A DNA stretch of 20,000 nt from an uncultured virus (IMG/VR IMGVR_UViG_3300028638_000009) (taxonomy: Duplodnaviria; Heunggongvirae; Uroviricota; Caudoviricetes), in IMG/VR virus record IMGVR_UViG_3300028638_000009; one strand, written 5' to 3'. Made by a program: the position numbers and the translations under genes. Shown here piece after piece: positions 16,131 through 20,000 of this stretch (positions are counted from its first letter, which is position 1; each line of letters starts with the position of its first letter). The notes beneath the pieces are model-generated. The model saw only the letters and a program-made list of their open reading frames with translations, ran no database searches and had not been told where the DNA came from.

Positions 16131-17960
16131 ATGGCTGAGCAGATAGGAAGATTTTTAATAAATTCAGATATAGTAAGCACTGTATCTAGAACTATAGCGC
16201 TGCCTACGCCTATAAACAGCGCAGTTCAATTCCTGTCTACGACTACAGGAGAAGGTTCTCACGCACTATTCATAGTAGTAAAAGATGCTAATGCCGGCCT
16301 GTTTTATCAATTTTCTTTTTCAGTGGGATTTAACTTTACTGGAAACTCCTGGCTAGAGGTAATGCCCTTAGAATCTACTATAGGGTCGGATAACGGAATA
16401 GCCTTAGATTTCAAATCAGACGGACTTACCGGATATTTAAGACTTAGAAGAAAATATGGCAGCGCCCCAATTACAGCGAACATTTTGGTGTATAATCTTG
16501 GATATGACGCTGAAGTAACACCCATAAGCAACCCGGAGTCAGATGCTGATACTGCTGGATCTATAGTGTCTACACCTCAAGGTCCTGTGGTAGGTGGCTC
16601 TGGTGGTGGAGTAACAGATCATAACGCTCTAACTAATAAGGGCACTTTTCCGCATTCAGCAATAGATTCACATTTGCAAGCAGACTCGCCTCATAACGGC
16701 CATGAAAAGATTTCAAATAAAAATCGGCCGGGAGGATATGCTGGACTAGACAGTAATAACAAGGTTCCTACTGCGCTACTTAATATTGGCACAGAGGGAG
16801 ACGCTGTTCTGTCTGCCAGCGATACAGACATTGAACGCAAACAGAATAAAAATACTCCTGATGGGTATCTAGGGCTAGACGCAGATGCCAAGGCCTCCGC
16901 TTCCAACCTGCCTATAGGAACTACTGAAGACAGTGTGATGAGAGGCGATGGCCCCGGAGTAGAAAAAATATCCAACAAGGATTCCGCCAACGGATACGCA
17001 GGACTGGATAGCAACAGGAAGATCCTGCCAGAAGTAATACCAACCGGTACTTCAGAGGGTACTGTATTAGCAGGCAACGATCCCAGCGTAGAAAGAGTAG
17101 CCAATAAGAATTCTGCCAATGGGTATATGGGTTTAGGATCCAATTCTAAGGCTGATATAAACAACCTTCCAGTAGGAAATACCGATACCACTGTAATGCG
17201 TGGAGACGGCCCAGGGGTGGAGAAGATAGCTAATAAGAATGCCCCGGATGGATATATGGGGTTAGATTCTAATAGTAAAGCTATCCTGTCTATGCTACCT
17301 ATCGGCACTGACGAATTTTCAGTGCTCAGAGGGGACGCCCCTGGATGCGAAAAGTTTATAAATAAAAACAGAGCAGGCGGATATGTAGGGTTAGGCAGTG
17401 ATTCGCTCATAGAATCCAGATTCCTACGATTTGGAACCACATCCGATTCAGTTTGTCGTGGAGACGACCCAAGACTATCTATTAGTAGCGGAGCCTACAT
17501 AGAGGGCATAGATGTTACTGATCAAAAGAACAACGCGTCCATAAGTCTGTCGTCATATACGGAGTCATACATTGAAGGCTCTTTAAAAGTATACATCAAT
17601 GGCCAGCGCATGATCAAAGATGTGCACTACGTAGAAGATCCACAGATTGTATCTTTTGCGTTCATAGATATGGAATTTGAAGACGCAGACGTAGTGTTCG
17701 TGGATCTCAGGGCCATAGCTACCTCTGGCGTGTTTGAAGGCGTCGATATTTCTTCTCAGATAGGTGATGGAGACACATACACTGTGGTAGGAGCGCCCAA
17801 CTTTGCGCCTGGATCCTTGAAAGTGTATATTAATGGCATCAAACAGATAAAAGGCCGACAGTATTCTGAGTCTCCGGATACAGGAGAGTTTGAATTCTAT
17901 GAAGAGTCAGGTCCAGTGGCAGGCGACTATCTCATAATTGATTTTATAAAGCAGAGCTAA
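16131..17960 (+). CDS. Tail fibre-like protein with six 43-aa repeats and two C-terminal GSLKVYING modules
   Basis: AAGGAG SD. HNALTNKG...HSAIDSH segment, EK..NK...GY.GLD repeats and GDDPRLS. Confidence 0.75.
   Translation: MAEQIGRFLINSDIVSTVSRTIALPTPINSAVQFLSTTTGEGSHALFIVVKDANAGLFYQFSFSVGFNFTGNSWLEVMPLESTIGSDNGIALDFKSDGLTGYLRLRRKYGSAPITANILVYNLGYDAEVTPISNPESDADTAGSIVSTPQGPVVGGSGGGVTDHNALTNKGTFPHSAIDSHLQADSPHNGHEKISNKNRPGGYAGLDSNNKVPTALLNIGTEGDAVLSASDTDIERKQNKNTPDGYLGLDADAKASASNLPIGTTEDSVMRGDGPGVEKISNKDSANGYAGLDSNRKILPEVIPTGTSEGTVLAGNDPSVERVANKNSANGYMGLGSNSKADINNLPVGNTDTTVMRGDGPGVEKIANKNAPDGYMGLDSNSKAILSMLPIGTDEFSVLRGDAPGCEKFINKNRAGGYVGLGSDSLIESRFLRFGTTSDSVCRGDDPRLSISSGAYIEGIDVTDQKNNASISLSSYTESYIEGSLKVYINGQRMIKDVHYVEDPQIVSFAFIDMEFEDADVVFVDLRAIATSGVFEGVDISSQIGDGDTYTVVGAPNFAPGSLKVYINGIKQIKGRQYSESPDTGEFEFYEESGPVAGDYLIIDFIKQS
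16704..17477 (+). repeat. Six tandem 129-bp (43-aa) coding repeats
   Basis: Units start EKISNKNRPGGYAGLD, ERKQNKNTPDGYLGLD, EKISNKDSANGYAGLD, ERVANKNSANGYMGLG, EKIANKNAPDGYMGLD and EKFINKNRAGGYVGLG at exact 129-nt spacing. Confidence 0.9.
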
Positions 17961-17972
17961 AGTGAGGGCAGC

Positions 17973-18869
17973 ATGAAAAAGATACATGGAAAATATTCAA
18001 TACAGCCCCTGACTATTACTGATGAAGTAGTCGCAGATGATGCTGCTATAAAAGAGCACAAAATAGATTTCTTAATTAGACCTTCTGAGCTGGCAAGTAG
18101 GCTTACAGAGTTAGAAGCCAGAGTAACAGTTACAGAGACTGACATTGCTGCACTGAAAGGCAGAGTGTCATCTGTAGAAAGCTCAGTGACCACACTTAAT
18201 TCTTGGGTAAATACAAACTCAGATATTGTTCAGTGGATAACTGAGGAGAAGGATTCCTACATACAATTTAAATCGGATGTAACGACATCTATAAATAATC
18301 TCGAGAGCAGCATAAGCAGCCTAAATACATATATAGATGGCTTGAAGGGTGATATAGAAGCCCTTAGCGCCTACCTGAAAGACATGCCATCCTTTATAGT
18401 GTGCCCAGAGTATCCTAACGGAGTGCTGACCTCTCTTGGTAACAGCAATATTATGGGCCTTATGACTACCGACTACGATCCTATAGTCGATAAGACCTTC
18501 TTCGAATGGTCATCTACTGAGGATATGTTCCACTATTACGGTATTGTATTTAAGCACTGGATGCCGAAGACTCCAGTAGGTAAAAAATTAGTATTTAAAG
18601 ACGCTAAGTTCTATGCTAAGCTGATTGGTGAGAGCGAAATAAACTTTAAGGTTTATGACGCCACCAATACTTTGATTGTAGAAAAGATATTCGGAACATT
18701 TGACAGCGACTGGAGCACTATTACATTCAATTCCACTGATCTATCGAGCATGAATGCTGTGGGTCTCGATTGGGAGTATGTTAGATGTGAAGTGTGCCTA
18801 TCGGCAAGAAACTCTGGTAAAGCTCTAATATCAGACTTCGCTGTAAAAGCTGAATTCGAGCCAGAATAA
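17973..18869 (+). CDS. Coiled-coil fibre/structural protein
   Basis: Heptad-like N-terminal half (LTELEARVTVTETDIAALKGRVSSVESSVTTL...) and beta-rich C-terminal half. GAGGG SD. Confidence 0.65.
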   Translation: MKKIHGKYSIQPLTITDEVVADDAAIKEHKIDFLIRPSELASRLTELEARVTVTETDIAALKGRVSSVESSVTTLNSWVNTNSDIVQWITEEKDSYIQFKSDVTTSINNLESSISSLNTYIDGLKGDIEALSAYLKDMPSFIVCPEYPNGVLTSLGNSNIMGLMTTDYDPIVDKTFFEWSSTEDMFHYYGIVFKHWMPKTPVGKKLVFKDAKFYAKLIGESEINFKVYDATNTLIVEKIFGTFDSDWSTITFNSTDLSSMNAVGLDWEYVRCEVCLSARNSGKALISDFAVKAEFEPE

Positions 18870-18878
18870 GGAGATTAT

Positions 18879-20000
18879 ATGCCACTACATAACACGATGA
18901 GATTGTACGATAATCATCCTATACATACATGGGAATTTAGCAGTGAAGCTCAGATGTACGCTAAAGTGGTGCTTCCGGATGATTTAAACAAACTGGCACT
19001 GCTATCCAATGGCCAGTATTATAGGCTAGCATCAATAAATCCATTGTTATGGTACCCCGTCGGAGGAGAGCGCGGACAAAGAGGAGAAATGGGCCCTCCG
19101 GGTCCTGTTGGAGCTACCGGCCCAAAAGGAGATCGCGGAGATGCCGGTCCAAAAGGTGACCCAGGTGTAATCGGTCCGATGGGATTAAAGGGCGAGGGTA
19201 TACGTTCTGTCGTGGATAACATGGACGGAACTTTGACTATATTCTATGGAGACGGATCATCTATTAAGACCGCAAGTCTAACCGGTCCAAGGGGTCCACA
19301 GGGTGAGCGTGGGCCAAAAGGTGACCGCGGAGAAGCTTTCTCATATACCAGCTTTACTACAGAGCAGCTGGCTGGACTACGTGGTCCGCAGGGACCCGCT
19401 GGCCCAAAAGGAGACTCTTTTACTTTTACTGATTTTACACCGACTCAACTGCTGTCTCTTCAAGGCCCGAAAGGTGACAAGGGTGACCAAGGACTTAAAG
19501 GTGATAAGGGTGAGCCATTCAGATATACGGACTTTACTCCTGAACAACTGTTAGGACTTAAAGGTCCACAAGGAGACGTCGGTCCTAGAGGACCTGCGTT
19601 TACATTCGAAAATTTTACAGTTGAACAACTAAACTCCTTGCAGGGTCCGAAAGGGGATCAGGGAGACGACGGTCCTCCGGGACCTGCTGCGACTATAACT
19701 GTAGGATCTGTATCTACGGGAGCTCCTGGAACTTCAGCGCAGGTGACTAATATTGGGAATTCTTCTGCCGCGGTATTATCCTTTGTGATACCTAGAGGCG
19801 CTGACGGCACAAATGGGATTAATGGTGCACCAGGGGCCAACGCTACTATAAATATAGGAACAGTTACTACAGGAGCAGCTGGGAGTAGCGCTACTGTAAA
19901 TAATTCTGGAACGGCTACTAACGCTGTGTTGAACTTTTCTATTCCTAAGGGAGATAAAGGCGACAAGGGGGATACTGGTAATACCGGAAATACAGGTCCC
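18879..20000 (+). CDS. Collagen-like tail fibre protein (runs off the window; absent from ORF track)
   Basis: AAGGAG SD, ATG at 18879, open for 374 codons. Gly-X-Y runs are interrupted by four F.(Y/F)..FT..QL..L units and two ATI..G.V.TG...F.IP.G units. Confidence 0.9.
   Translation, partial: MPLHNTMRLYDNHPIHTWEFSSEAQMYAKVVLPDDLNKLALLSNGQYYRLASINPLLWYPVGGERGQRGEMGPPGPVGATGPKGDRGDAGPKGDPGVIGPMGLKGEGIRSVVDNMDGTLTIFYGDGSSIKTASLTGPRGPQGERGPKGDRGEAFSYTSFTTEQLAGLRGPQGPAGPKGDSFTFTDFTPTQLLSLQGPKGDKGDQGLKGDKGEPFRYTDFTPEQLLGLKGPQGDVGPRGPAFTFENFTVEQLNSLQGPKGDQGDDGPPGPAATITVGSVSTGAPGTSAQVTNIGNSSAAVLSFVIPRGADGTNGINGAPGANATINIGTVTTGAAGSSATVNNSGTATNAVLNFSIPKGDKGDKGDTGNTGNTGP

Noticed and set aside
16691..17440. 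249-aa minus-strand ORF and other antisense ORFs in the structural block
   Set aside because: Shadows of the repeat-containing plus-strand genes.
19303..19554. 83-aa plus-strand ORF in the track
   Set aside because: Out-of-frame overlap with the collagen-like gene starting at 18879.
1..20000. Stop-codon reassignment, CRISPR array, or intein/intron in nrdJ
   Set aside because: Genes are intact and densely packed under the standard code; no regularly spaced repeat-spacer array is present; NrdJ motifs are contiguous with no insertion.

Overview
Fragment of a large tailed-phage genome (myovirus-like, standard genetic code) with two divergent blocks. The minus-strand block (1-8911) encodes nucleotide and RNA metabolism plus unknowns: a class II B12-dependent ribonucleotide reductase (NrdJ with fused TSCPD and Zn-ribbon tail), an OB-fold ATP-dependent RNA ligase (DRB0094/Rnl5-like), a Pol-beta-superfamily nucleotidyltransferase (RlaP/Nuc-transf-like), several Cys4 Zn-ribbon small proteins (two missing from the ORF track), a 478-aa protein with an HTH-like segment, and a 234-aa orphan. 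The plus-strand block (8997-end) is a baseplate/tail-fibre cluster including a LamG-domain protein, a 43-aa-repeat fibre and a collagen-like fibre. The most striking feature is non-coding: a ~376-bp degenerate palindrome (7711-8086) whose conserved islands all lie in one gapless register around an AT-rich centre at 7898/7899. It carries extra local hairpins, and a copy of a recurring GGTATAAG promoter-like motif points into it. It is a candidate origin, recombination or protein-binding platform, or a large structured RNA. All family calls are from motifs read by eye, not database searches.
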